A stretch of 64,000 nucleotides of DNA from Candidatus Omnitrophota bacterium (lineage in GTDB: Bacteria; Omnitrophota; Gorgyraeia; B26-G9): the NCBI GenBank assembly GCA_043826565.1, contig JBDRPX010000003.1:81293-145292 (forward strand), in the 5' to 3' direction. The notes below the pieces were generated by a model. It worked only from the letters and a program-made list of their open reading frames with translations, had not been told where the DNA came from and did not search any database. Position numbers and translations under genes: made by a program. Every line of letters begins with the position of its first letter. The stretch's first letter is position 1. Of this stretch, positions 35,813 through 45,734 are shown one piece after another.

Positions 35813-37717
35813 ATGTGTGGAATTTGTGGTAAATATTATTTTGACCCATCGCGCCGGGTTGAGCAGGGTTTATTATTAAAAATGATGAAGAAACTATACC
35901 GCCGCGGGCCGGATGAGCAGGGGGTTATTATAGAGGCGAATGCCGGGCTTGCTTGTCAGAGATTAAGGATTATCGATAGGCTGAATGGACAGCAGGCAGT
36001 TTTGAATGAAGATAAAACAGTCTGGGCTGTATTTAACGGAGAAATATATAATTATCAGGAATTAAGAAATGATCTTTTGAATAAAGGGCATGTTTTAAAA
36101 ACAAAATGTGATTCGGAAATTATCCCGCATATGTTTGAGGAATACGGCCCGGCTTTTGTGGAAAAGCTCAATGGAATGTTTGCTATTGCGGTTTATGACC
36201 GTAACCAGAATACAATTATTCTGGCCCGGGATAGAACAGGGATAAAACCTTTATATTATGCGCTTATCGGCAATGCTCTTGTTTTTGCTTCCAGCCTTAA
36301 AACTTTATTGGTTGATAAAGATATCCCCAAGGAACTTGATGCGGTGGGATTGGATTATTATTTTTCGCATAATTTTTTCCCGGGTGAGTATACTCCGGTA
36401 GCGAAAATCAAAAAATTACTTCCCGGCCATTTTTTGGTTTGTAATTCTAAAGAGATAAAAATAAAAAAGTATTGGGAACTTAATTATAAACAAAAATCGA
36501 AAAAGCTTAAGGATATTGATTATATTAAAGAATTTAATTCAGTATTTAATGCCGTGGTAAAAAGTCAGCTTGAAGCCGAGGTTCCGGTGGGGTTATTTCT
36601 TAGCGGCGGAATTGATTCCGGAGGATTGGCGGAATATGTTTCTCGGCTTAAGACTTCTTTAAAAACATTTAGTGTGGGCTTTCAGGAAGGTACGTTTGAT
36701 GAACGAAAATATGCCGGGATCATTGCGTCTCAGATGGAGACAGAGCATGAGCATACGGTAATTCCTGACTCATTGCCGGTACTGATGGAAAGAATTAGTG
36801 ATGCTTTGGATATCCCTTTGGGGGAAGGGGCATTTGTCCCGTTGTTTGTTTTGTCTGAATTTGCGAAAAAAAAAGTTGGAGTAGTTCTTTCCGGAGAAGG
36901 CGCAGATGAACTTTTTGGCGGCTATGATACATATATAGCTGATATCCTGGCGGAGTATTTTAGAAAGTTGCCTCCGGTAATCAGGCAAAAGTGGCTTAAA
37001 TCATTGGTGCGGCGTTTGCCCCTGGATTATCGCTGGATGAGTGTTCGTTTTAAACTGGATTTGTTTAGCCAGGGGGTACAGGATAGAGTTCAGCCGGCGC
37101 ATTATTATTGGCGTTTATTATGGACACCAGATGAAAAATCTTCTTTGTATTCTGATATTTTTAGCCAAAAACTTCGGGAAACCGGCGCTTTAGCGGCAGC
37201 CGATTTTTTTTGCCGGACATATGATTATTTAGGGAATAGGCACTATCTGGAAAAAGCAATGTTTTATGATACAAAGATTGTTTTACCGGATGATATGCTG
37301 CAGAAAGTTGATCTGGCAAGTATGTATCATTCATTAGAGGTGCGTGTTCCTTATCTGGACAACCGGATAATTGATTTTTCTTTAGGCTTGCCGCTGAGTA
37401 TGAAAATAAGCAAATTAAAGAAAAAAGTTTTTCTTAAAGAAGCTTTTAAAGAATATTTACCAAAACAAATTATACAACGGCCTAAGCATGGTTTAAGTGT
37501 TCCGGTGGAAAAATGGCTGCGGTTTGATTTGCACGATTTCACCGGCGATGTCTTGAGTACTGCCAATGCTGGAGATGAAAATGTTATAAATAAGAAATAT
37601 TTATTGAAAATTTTCAGGGAACATGTGCAGGGAGCCGCGGATCATGGTAGAAAGCTTTGGAATATATTAATGTTTCGTTTGTGGTTAGATAGTTGTAGGA
37701 AAGAGAACTTATTGTAA
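35813..37717 (+). CDS. asnB: Asparagine synthase (glutamine-hydrolysing) family amidotransferase
   Basis: N-terminal 'MCGICG' (Cys2 nucleophile, Ntn glutaminase domain). PP-loop 'FLSGGIDSGG'. 634 aa. Confidence 0.85.
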   Translation: MCGICGKYYFDPSRRVEQGLLLKMMKKLYRRGPDEQGVIIEANAGLACQRLRIIDRLNGQQAVLNEDKTVWAVFNGEIYNYQELRNDLLNKGHVLKTKCDSEIIPHMFEEYGPAFVEKLNGMFAIAVYDRNQNTIILARDRTGIKPLYYALIGNALVFASSLKTLLVDKDIPKELDAVGLDYYFSHNFFPGEYTPVAKIKKLLPGHFLVCNSKEIKIKKYWELNYKQKSKKLKDIDYIKEFNSVFNAVVKSQLEAEVPVGLFLSGGIDSGGLAEYVSRLKTSLKTFSVGFQEGTFDERKYAGIIASQMETEHEHTVIPDSLPVLMERISDALDIPLGEGAFVPLFVLSEFAKKKVGVVLSGEGADELFGGYDTYIADILAEYFRKLPPVIRQKWLKSLVRRLPLDYRWMSVRFKLDLFSQGVQDRVQPAHYYWRLLWTPDEKSSLYSDIFSQKLRETGALAAADFFCRTYDYLGNRHYLEKAMFYDTKIVLPDDMLQKVDLASMYHSLEVRVPYLDNRIIDFSLGLPLSMKISKLKKKVFLKEAFKEYLPKQIIQRPKHGLSVPVEKWLRFDLHDFTGDVLSTANAGDENVINKKYLLKIFREHVQGAADHGRKLWNILMFRLWLDSCRKENLL

Positions 37718-37733
37718 TAGATGAAAGTATATT

Positions 37734-38741
37734 ATGCAAAATTTTGCGATTAAGTTTTTATATGAGTTGTTAAAAGTTAAAATTACCGGTAAAGCTAAGC
37801 CTTTACTGGCAACTTTTTCCTTAACTGCAAGGTGTAATTGCAGTTGTGAATATTGCGATTTGCTTAGCAAAGGGACTTCCCAGGAGCTTAGTACCGCAGA
37901 GATTATGGATATTATTGCTGAATTAAGGCAATCCGGAACAATGTATATCCATTTTAGCGGAGGAGAGCCTTTATTGCGTACTGATTTTGAGGAAATTACC
38001 GGATATGCTAAATCTTTGGGAATGATTGTTTCCTGTTCAACTAATGCTGTAATGCTGGCAGAACGTGTTCCTGAACTTAAAAAAAATATTGATAAGATAA
38101 ATATTAATTTTGACGGGACAGAGCAGGTATGTGAAAGAATCAAGGGTAAGGGAGCATACAAAAAAATCATTTTTGCTTTAGAAGCTTTACGTAATTCCGG
38201 AATTAAAACGGTTTTGTCAGTTGTCTTGACTAAGTTTAATACTAATAATACATGTTTAGAACATATTTTAAATATCGCCGAAGAATATAGCACAAATGTT
38301 ATTTTTCAGCCGGCAATCAATTTTTCGGATGGTACGCCTTCAGCGATCGCTCCGGAGCCTAAAGATTATCAGGAATTTTTAAAAGAGGTTCTAAGAAAAA
38401 AAATGTCCGGTCAAAAACAGCGCATATTGAATTCTGTTGTTGGGCTGAAGTATCTGCAATTCTGGCCGTCGGAAGATGTGAAATTAAATTGTCCGGCCGG
38501 AAAAATATACTGCCGGATCCGTTCTGACGGAGCATTAAGTTTGTGTGGATTAAAGTCGGGGAAATTTTTTCTTAAAAAAAATATTTCAAAAGACGAAATG
38601 CCTGATGATTTAAAAAAATTACAGATATTTAAAGAGTTTTGCCCGTTTTGTTGGTGTGCGGTCCGGGTGGAATTGTCACAGATATGGGGATTGAGTTTAG
38701 GATCAATGATAAATACTTATCAATGTCAAAGTAAAAAGTAA
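37734..38741 (+). CDS. Radical SAM/SPASM protein
   Basis: 'LTARCNCSCEYCDL'. 'HFSGGEPLL'. C-terminal 'CPAGKIYC...LSLCGL...FCPFCWCAV'. Confidence 0.8.
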   Translation: MQNFAIKFLYELLKVKITGKAKPLLATFSLTARCNCSCEYCDLLSKGTSQELSTAEIMDIIAELRQSGTMYIHFSGGEPLLRTDFEEITGYAKSLGMIVSCSTNAVMLAERVPELKKNIDKININFDGTEQVCERIKGKGAYKKIIFALEALRNSGIKTVLSVVLTKFNTNNTCLEHILNIAEEYSTNVIFQPAINFSDGTPSAIAPEPKDYQEFLKEVLRKKMSGQKQRILNSVVGLKYLQFWPSEDVKLNCPAGKIYCRIRSDGALSLCGLKSGKFFLKKNISKDEMPDDLKKLQIFKEFCPFCWCAVRVELSQIWGLSLGSMINTYQCQSKK

Positions 38742-38794
38742 ACTGAGTCTTGTCCTATCGGGGGTTTATAACTGCGGGGTATTGATGAAAAACG

Positions 38795-39643
38795 GTGAAA
38801 ATATTCATGATCAGGCTTAAAAATATACTATGCTGTATTATCTGCTTTATTTTTTGCGGGGCAGTTTATCTGCTTGCCGGGGAAACATCACAATCCTTGG
38901 AAGCATTTCGTCTTTGTGATTGGAAGATCGGCCAATTTGCGGAATATCAGATATTAAGTATGGAAAATGAAGGAGTAGAAAATCGATATCGTATTTATAT
39001 TGTGGGGGAAGAGGAACACGAGAGTAAGAAATTCTTTTGGTTAATGCTTGAAATATTTAATGTTGATAAAAGAGAGGTTGCCTTTAAGGTTTTAACCGAA
39101 CCCTATGATTCAGAATCATTTTTGAAAAATACCGCATCATATATTTCCCAAGGGTTTCTCTATTTATTGCGTAATTCACGAAGGGTTATTATTGTTTTAG
39201 AAAATAATTCAGAGTATGAAATTTCCCCGCTTAAATTTTTTGAACAGCCGGATATCCTGGATAAGACTGTTTATGAAAGATCGCCGTGTGAGATAGGTAA
39301 TGTTGATTATTCAAACATGTTGATCGGCAGTGAAAAAGAAGAAATTAAACTCCCGGCCGGGATATTTGATTGTTATCGTTTTTCGATTGAGACTGATCGG
39401 GAAAAATCCTATGCGGATGAGGGGTTTGATCTGTGGCGGTCTTCAAAAGTGCCGTTTTTAGGTATTGTTAAGATGGAGTTTTCCAAAACAAAATTCAATG
39501 AAAAAAGAAGAAATGAATATAGTTTACAAGTGCAGGAGGGGAATTGGCTGAAACGTTTATCTAAAATATTTTTGAAAAGAAATGTTCCGGGAGGGGATCG
39601 GGAAGATGTGCATACAATCCGATTAATAAATTATCAGAATTAA
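38795..39643 (+). CDS. Secreted/anchored hypothetical protein; paralog of 44865..45734
   Basis: Signal/anchor 'ILCCIICFIFCGAVYLLAG'. 'CDWKIGQFAEYQI...FFWLMLEIF' matches 'CPWKVGQSVEYQI...FFWIRFDIF'. 'DLWRS.KVPFLGIVKMEFSKTK' is conserved in both. Confidence 0.5.
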   Translation: MKIFMIRLKNILCCIICFIFCGAVYLLAGETSQSLEAFRLCDWKIGQFAEYQILSMENEGVENRYRIYIVGEEEHESKKFFWLMLEIFNVDKREVAFKVLTEPYDSESFLKNTASYISQGFLYLLRNSRRVIIVLENNSEYEISPLKFFEQPDILDKTVYERSPCEIGNVDYSNMLIGSEKEEIKLPAGIFDCYRFSIETDREKSYADEGFDLWRSSKVPFLGIVKMEFSKTKFNEKRRNEYSLQVQEGNWLKRLSKIFLKRNVPGGDREDVHTIRLINYQN

Positions 39644-39681
39644 TGGATGGAAAGAACGGCTGATTTTAAAAGGGGCATAAA

Positions 39682-41511
39682 TTGATAAGAGGATGTTTGA
39701 ATAGAATTAAACGTATAAGTAAACAGGAACTAATTGCGCTAATAGTAATTTTCTGCGCTATCGCGGTCTATACATTGCCATTGTTTTTGCGGCTGGATAA
39801 GGCTTTGACTTTAACGAATAAAAACTGTATTACGGCGTGGTATCGTACATATAATCTTAGTTTTTTTACATATACGAGTATTCTTACGGAAAAAAATTTT
39901 CCTTTTTGGTGCCCTTTTCGGGAGGGTGGATTTTACTGGACCATCTATCCTTCAGAATTATCCTGCAATTTTTTCTCACCATTGATGTTGTTTTTTGGCC
40001 TTGTCAAAGGCTTAAATCTCAGCTGGTACCTGCTGTATTTTGCCGGTGCTTTTTCAATGTTCTACTTGACGAGAAAGGTCTTGAAATATAGTTTATTCGG
40101 GGCTATTTATTCGGCGATTGTTTTTTCTATGTGCGGCTATTTTGCTTTTATGCAGGGGCTGGGTTTCTGGACAAAAGAGACGATGCTTCTGCCGCTGTTG
40201 GTGGCTTTTTCCTTGAAGTCAAAATTTGATAATAGATATATTTTTTTTACGGCAATAATGCTGGCATTGCTCGTGCCTAGTCTTTTGTTTTTTCCAATAA
40301 TTATTCTGTTTCTTTTGATGATCGCATGTTCAGATTCGGTAATAATAGAAAATAAAAAAGTTTTGTTTAAAAAAAGAAGTCTTGTTTGTCTCGGAGCGAG
40401 TTTGGTTTTAGCCGTATGTTTTTCGGCTTTTAAAATTTTACCGGTAGCGGAATTACTTAAAAAAGATATGTTGATTAGCGGGCCGGTTTACGAATTAGCT
40501 ATTGAACAGGCAAATACCTGGAAATTGTTTTTCCGGCATATGTTTATTCCGGAAAATTCAAATGTGGGAACCATGTATATTGGATATTTACCTGTTTTTT
40601 TAATGATGCTGGCTTTTATTCTTGAATTTAAGCGCAACCGAAAATGGATATTAATTTTAATTTTATTCATTATTTTATCATTTGGACCTAATTCATGGAT
40701 AGACCTGAATTATTTTTTATGGAAGGTGCCTTTTTTTAAATCAATACGTGAGGTCTCAAAATACTATACTCTGCTCATTGTTTTTTTAATCAGCTTAACC
40801 AGCGGAAGTTTTTTTTGTTATTTTAAAAATAAAAAAACAGGAAAATACGCAAATAGTTTATTTGGGTTTTTAATTTTATTGACTTTTTTAGACCTGTTTT
40901 GGGCAAATTTCGGTTATTTTAATATTTATAACGACAGTTTAAAGCTGGAAAAGCATAAAGATTTTATAGCTCATGTAAAGGCGATCAATATTCATAAAGG
41001 GGACGAGGGGCCGATTGAGCCATTAAGGCTTGCGCTATTCCAAAATGGATATGGATTAGTTAATGCGCAGTACGACCGGTTTACCAACTACTTTAAAGAA
41101 TCTTTTACTAAGCCTAAGTATTTAATAATGCCTGAATATGTGTTCATGATGCCCAGTACAAAAATGTTTATCCTGAGGAATCCGGATTATGCCGGAGAAG
41201 CTTATTTTCTTAATAAAAGGGGGCAGGTAAGGAATTTACATATAAATTCAAGGGGAATTAATGCTGAGGTAGAAGTTTTAGAACCGGATATTCTGTTAAT
41301 AAATCAGAAATTTGCCGACGGATGGAAAACTAATTTCGGTAAAATTAAAAGTTACCAGGGGATCATTGCTGTAGAGTTTAAAGAAAGTGGCAATTATAGT
41401 CTGCGGCTGCAGTTTGTGCCAATTTCTTTTTTTGCGGGATTTGCGATCAGCATAATTTCTTTAGCCATAGCATTATTTGTCTTTTGGCGCTGGCGTTTTA
41501 ACTTGTTTTAA
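39682..41511 (+). CDS. Large polytopic membrane protein (609 aa), possibly GT-C/YfhO-like; paralog of 45727..47583
   Basis: TTG start. More than 12 hydrophobic segments. 'FPFWCPFREGG', 'YSAIVFSMCGYF' and 'YFTKPKYLIMPEYVFMMPS' are conserved with the paralog. Confidence 0.4.
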   Translation: MIRGCLNRIKRISKQELIALIVIFCAIAVYTLPLFLRLDKALTLTNKNCITAWYRTYNLSFFTYTSILTEKNFPFWCPFREGGFYWTIYPSELSCNFFSPLMLFFGLVKGLNLSWYLLYFAGAFSMFYLTRKVLKYSLFGAIYSAIVFSMCGYFAFMQGLGFWTKETMLLPLLVAFSLKSKFDNRYIFFTAIMLALLVPSLLFFPIIILFLLMIACSDSVIIENKKVLFKKRSLVCLGASLVLAVCFSAFKILPVAELLKKDMLISGPVYELAIEQANTWKLFFRHMFIPENSNVGTMYIGYLPVFLMMLAFILEFKRNRKWILILILFIILSFGPNSWIDLNYFLWKVPFFKSIREVSKYYTLLIVFLISLTSGSFFCYFKNKKTGKYANSLFGFLILLTFLDLFWANFGYFNIYNDSLKLEKHKDFIAHVKAINIHKGDEGPIEPLRLALFQNGYGLVNAQYDRFTNYFKESFTKPKYLIMPEYVFMMPSTKMFILRNPDYAGEAYFLNKRGQVRNLHINSRGINAEVEVLEPDILLINQKFADGWKTNFGKIKSYQGIIAVEFKESGNYSLRLQFVPISFFAGFAISIISLAIALFVFWRWRFNLF

Positions 41512-41541
41512 AGCGGCAGATACGATAGGCTAATCATTTTG

Positions 41542-42558
41542 TTATGTAAATAATGATTTTAAATAGAATGAGAAGCCTTCAATGCTGCATTTTTCGCAAA
41601 GAGGGGATAATTGCCGGTTTTCTTTAAGTTTTTGTCTGAATTCTATGTATTGGGGGCTGTTCCAAATCACAGAAATTTTTTGATCATTGATATTTCCCAA
41701 AGCATATTCACCTTCCATATCAAAGCAGCATGGCGCAACTGTCCCATCCCAGAAAATCACACTGGATATCCAAGGATGCATACAGGATGGTTTAGTGAAA
41801 TTATTTTTATAATAGGAGCGGATATATTTTTTATTTTTCGGCAAGTAGTTTTCCCGGGGCGGCATATGCAGGGAGTTTATACGGACTTTTTTTAGTAATA
41901 TTTTATCTACTTTTAAATCCTTAGCGATTTTTTTAAAATGACTGATCTCATTTTCTGTTTCGCGCATCAGTAAAAGCTGTAATACAATATGCGGCTTGCG
42001 CAATCTATCGCGGGAAGTGGTCAATATCCTGATATTTTCCAGAACTTTTTTAAAGTCACCGGATCTTTTATAATTCGCATAAGAGGCGGGTGTTGCGCAA
42101 TCAAGAGAAATGAGTATCTCATCAGCACCGCTATCTATGATGTTTTTGATTGTTTCCGGACTTGGGAAATTGCCATTGGTGCTCAATTTTACGAATATGT
42201 TTTTGCTTTTAGCATAGGAGATCATTTTGAAGATTTCCGGGTTTAAGAAAGGCTCCCCCAGATTATATAAAGCTAAATAGAATATTGTTTTTTCTAATTC
42301 ATCGAGAATAAGCTTAAATGTATTAAAATCCATATTACCGGGTGTTCTTTTTAATTCGCCTTGTCCAATAGCACATAATGAACATTTTAGATTGCAATGA
42401 TTAGTGGGTTCGATTTGTACTAATATCGGGAGGCTTTTAAGTTCTGGGCTTTTTTGCAGATAAGAAAAAAGTGCTTTTAAAATAAACTTAAATCTTTGTT
42501 TATGAAATACTGCTTCGAGAAGTGTTGTATACTTAGATAATTTTATCAGCAATTTCAT
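41542..42558 (-). CDS. Radical SAM/SPASM protein (minus strand)
   Basis: 'IEPTNHCNLKCSLCAIG'. 'LYNLGEPFL'. C-terminal 'CMHPWISS...GTVAPCCFD...CEKCS'. Confidence 0.8.
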   Translation of the reverse strand: MKLLIKLSKYTTLLEAVFHKQRFKFILKALFSYLQKSPELKSLPILVQIEPTNHCNLKCSLCAIGQGELKRTPGNMDFNTFKLILDELEKTIFYLALYNLGEPFLNPEIFKMISYAKSKNIFVKLSTNGNFPSPETIKNIIDSGADEILISLDCATPASYANYKRSGDFKKVLENIRILTTSRDRLRKPHIVLQLLLMRETENEISHFKKIAKDLKVDKILLKKVRINSLHMPPRENYLPKNKKYIRSYYKNNFTKPSCMHPWISSVIFWDGTVAPCCFDMEGEYALGNINDQKISVIWNSPQYIEFRQKLKENRQLSPLCEKCSIEGFSFYLKSLFT

Positions 42559-42756
42559 TTTGTCGGCCTATTTTAAAAATCACGCGAAAGGTTTTATAAT
42601 TAGAATTATAGCAGAATAAGCGAACTAAACAAGAAAAATGCGAGGTTTATATTTAACTGCAGACATGTAATATTATTTTATCGCAGGTCGGCGTATATGT
42701 TATAATAAAAGCATAAAAATTGTCCGGTTAACCAGATTTTGAAAGTTAAAGGTTGA
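42559..42756. promoter_or_regulatory. Divergent intergenic region (198 bp), probably bidirectional promoters for 41542(-) and 42757(+)
   Basis: AT-rich. 'gtatatgttataataaaag' contains a TATAAT-like -10 for the + strand. Head-to-head gene arrangement. Confidence 0.35.
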
Positions 42757-43464
42757 ATGAATAGTAAAAAGATTGCGATTATGCAGCCGGGGTATTTGCC
42801 CTGGCTGGGGTTTTTTGAATTAATGCTTCGTTGTGATCTGTTTGTTTTTCTTGACGATGTCCAGTATACGGTAAGAGACTGGCGTAATCGGAATAAGATC
42901 AGAACAAAACAGGGGTGGCAGTGGCTTAGTGTTCCGGTGCTGCATAAGGGCCGGAGGCAGCAATTAATAAAAGATGTGCAGATAAATGACGCGTTGCCCT
43001 GGAAAAATAAGCATTTAAAGGCGATGGAGATTAATTATCGTAAATCCCGTTTTTTTCCTGATTATTTTCCCGGGATTGAAAAGATATTTGCGATGGATTT
43101 GCCCGGATTATGTGATCTAAACATAGAGTTAATTGTTTTTCTAAAGGAATGCTTAAAAATAGATACTCCGGGAATACGTTCATCATCGTTGACTCTTAAG
43201 GCCGGAAAAAATGAGCGGATTATTGATATTTGCCAGCAGCTTAATGCCGGTGAATTATATGACAGCCAGGCGGCATCTGAGTTTCTTGAAGGTGCATTAT
43301 TTGCTAAAAAAGGTATCAAAATAGAATTTCAGAAGTATAACCATCCTGAATATAAGCAGTTATACCCCCCGTTTATACCCTACTTATCAGTTATAGACCT
43401 ACTGTTTAATTATGGCCCGCAGAGCCGGAAAATTATTAGTTTCGGCGGCAAAAATCAAAATTAA
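42757..43464 (+). CDS. WbqC-like family protein (glycan-cluster associated, function unknown)
   Basis: 'KIAIMQPGYLPWLGFFELM...FLDDVQY...RNRNKIRT' matches the characteristic WbqC N-terminus (from memory). Confidence 0.6.
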   Translation: MNSKKIAIMQPGYLPWLGFFELMLRCDLFVFLDDVQYTVRDWRNRNKIRTKQGWQWLSVPVLHKGRRQQLIKDVQINDALPWKNKHLKAMEINYRKSRFFPDYFPGIEKIFAMDLPGLCDLNIELIVFLKECLKIDTPGIRSSSLTLKAGKNERIIDICQQLNAGELYDSQAASEFLEGALFAKKGIKIEFQKYNHPEYKQLYPPFIPYLSVIDLLFNYGPQSRKIISFGGKNQN

Positions 43465-43471
43465 ACCATTT

Positions 43472-44584
43472 TTATTGGGGCTTATCTGTAAAGTAAAATT
43501 CCTTAGAGTTATTAAAGAAATTAAATAGTATAGTAGCCTTCATTTTTTCACCCTGCTCATTAAGATGGCAATGATCGGAAAACCACGAATCATCAAAAAG
43601 TGACGGCTCCGGTATTATAAAAGGAATTTCATGTAGTTCGGAGAGCTCCTTCATAATTTGATAGTTTTTCTTAAGCGCTAAAGCACCCGGTTTCGCTAGA
43701 CCTTTCAGAACTTCGTTATTTTGCAATAAAAAATCTTCCTTAGCACTTAAAAAACCGAAGAGAACAACTTTTGTGCCATTGCTTTTAGCCAGTTTGATTA
43801 TCGTATCTAAATTGCGCCTAAATCCTTCGCAATTGTTTTGGTTTACCCGCTCTAGAGCTTTTTTACTGTCAATTAACTTTAAATCATAGGGTTGTGATTG
43901 GTATACCGTTGGGGTTGAGTTAAGCCAGTTGGCGTAGATTAATTTAATAAAGCTGCTTACGGAAAGTAATGTCCGTTCAAATCGACGCGGGATAATACCG
44001 CTTCCGTGAGCACGAAAGTGGGTATATTCAGGGGAGTAATTTTCAAAGAATAACGGAATGATATCATTTCCGCCGGTATGAATAATAAGAATATCCAGGT
44101 TGAGATATTGATGCCGAAAGACGTATGATGCGAGTAATTCAGCTGTTGTTGCATAGTTTAGTCCGGCATTTATAGTTTCAATATTCGGGTTTATTTTTTC
44201 TCTTAACATATCTCCGAGTTGGGAAATCCAAGTGTCATTGGGATTTTTTATGTAAGGGTACATGTCTGTTGTGGAGCCGCCAAGTGCAAGTATCCGTATT
44301 GACGAATCTGATTTTTTTTGATCAAATTCTTTGCCTCGATATCCTTGAGAATTGTTTTGCTGGAAGCCATCGGCATAATAATTTCTAGTATTTTGATAAA
44401 GAAGATATGGATGCGGTTCAATTGAGTATGGGCTGCTGGGGGCGTTTCCCAAATAAATATCGACCAGGTTTTTCCCATTGTTTAAAGAGGGAGGTAAGTG
44501 CGCATAGATATATCCAGATACCAGTTCAAGCAGTAAGAGGGAAACAAGGATTAATCCAACGTTTTTAATTTTTTTATTTATCAA
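43472..44584 (-). CDS. SGNH-hydrolase-like protein with N-terminal TM anchor (minus strand)
   Basis: 'RILALGGSTTDMYP' (block I variant). 'IIHTGGNDI'. 'DHCHLNEQGEKMKA' (DxxH). Same architecture as 3076..4062. Confidence 0.55.
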   Translation of the reverse strand: MINKKIKNVGLILVSLLLLELVSGYIYAHLPPSLNNGKNLVDIYLGNAPSSPYSIEPHPYLLYQNTRNYYADGFQQNNSQGYRGKEFDQKKSDSSIRILALGGSTTDMYPYIKNPNDTWISQLGDMLREKINPNIETINAGLNYATTAELLASYVFRHQYLNLDILIIHTGGNDIIPLFFENYSPEYTHFRAHGSGIIPRRFERTLLSVSSFIKLIYANWLNSTPTVYQSQPYDLKLIDSKKALERVNQNNCEGFRRNLDTIIKLAKSNGTKVVLFGFLSAKEDFLLQNNEVLKGLAKPGALALKKNYQIMKELSELHEIPFIIPEPSLFDDSWFSDHCHLNEQGEKMKATILFNFFNNSKEFYFTDKPQ

Positions 44585-44741
44585 TTCAGAGCCATCTTTT
44601 TCTAATGCGAATGAGTTTTTAAAGATAATGTTTAATTTGTTACTAAAGTAGCATTAATTGAGGCAATTATCAAGAGAAAATTTTGTTTAGTGTGGGAAAC
44701 TGTCTATTGATCTTTCCGGAGAGTCTTAAAAATCATAAGTC

Positions 44742-44770
44742 TTGACTTTTATTGATCTTGCATATAAAAT
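44742..44770 (+). promoter_or_regulatory. Sigma70-like promoter candidate for the downstream + strand block
   Basis: TTGACT (44742-44747), 17-nt spacer, TAAAAT (44765-44770). Lies in the 280-bp AT-rich divergent region upstream of 44865. Confidence 0.4.
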
Positions 44771-44864
44771 AAACATTAATATTGCCGCAGAGTTTTAGGT
44801 GAGTTTTAGTAAATCATTACTTATCTTAACATAAGATGGGTATTATCCTTAGGCTAGCCTTTTA

Positions 44865-45734
44865 ATGAAAAAAAAGTCTATAAATAAATCACTATTCCTC
44901 TTATCGTTTGCCGCATTTTTTCTTCTTTTTACTTCCCCCAACTGTTTTTCTGAGGAAAGTGAAGGGTCTTTTTCTCTTTGTCCCTGGAAAGTGGGGCAAT
45001 CTGTTGAATATCAGATTATGGGATATGATGATTCCGGCAGAGAGAATAGTTATAGATTGGCTATTGTAGGAAAAGAAATAGTTGATAATAAAGATTTTTT
45101 TTGGATAAGGTTTGATATATTTAGTTTTCAGAGTAGAAAAATAAGTTTTATGGCCTTAGTGCCGCCATATGACCGCGCGGATTTTTCCGAGCATTATAAC
45201 TTGTATATCCGGGAGGGGCTGTTTTTTTTGCTTAAACGGGCGGAGAAGATCATGGTCATACTGGATGATGATTCCTGCTACGAATTATCTGCTTCTGAAA
45301 TTTCTCAAGAAATACCTTTTTTAAACGATTCTTTTTATAATACGCTGCCGGGGATAAATAACGAAGTTGACTATTCAAAGTTAAAAATTTTTGATAAAAA
45401 GGAAAAAGTTGCTACTCCGGAAGGTGAGTTCTATTGCTATCGATTTAGCAGTCAAACTAATAAATATGAATCTGCTTCAAAAGAAGGGATGGATTTATGG
45501 CGGTCTCCGGATGTCCCCTTTTTAGGGATAGTAAAAATGGAGTTTTCCAAAACTAAAAATATTGCGAAAATAGATCAGGTTTTTCAATGTGAATCATCCG
45601 AAGGCAGCTGGTTAAGAAAGCTGTATCTCAGATTTTTTTTGAAAAAAGTTCCCCGCGAGCGGATTTTTGAAGATACGTTCTTTATGCAATTAATTGATTA
45701 TCAGAGAGAAGAGAGATTAATCGCTGATGAGTGA
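44865..45734 (+). CDS. Secreted hypothetical protein; paralog of 38795..39643
   Basis: Signal peptide 'LFLLSFAAFFLLFTSPNCFS'. See paralog alignment at 38795..39643. Confidence 0.5.
   Translation: MKKKSINKSLFLLSFAAFFLLFTSPNCFSEESEGSFSLCPWKVGQSVEYQIMGYDDSGRENSYRLAIVGKEIVDNKDFFWIRFDIFSFQSRKISFMALVPPYDRADFSEHYNLYIREGLFFLLKRAEKIMVILDDDSCYELSASEISQEIPFLNDSFYNTLPGINNEVDYSKLKIFDKKEKVATPEGEFYCYRFSSQTNKYESASKEGMDLWRSPDVPFLGIVKMEFSKTKNIAKIDQVFQCESSEGSWLRKLYLRFFLKKVPRERIFEDTFFMQLIDYQREERLIADE

Noticed and set aside
41512-41541. Convergent-gene terminator between 41511(+) and 41542(-)
   Set aside because: Only a weak 7-bp inverted repeat (aatcatt/aatgatt) with a 12-nt loop. That is too weak to call.
44826-44867. 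9-codon mini-ORF (MGIILRLAF) whose stop overlaps the ATG of 44865 as a leader peptide
   Set aside because: No Shine-Dalgarno, very short, and no notable codon content. It is most likely a chance ORF.
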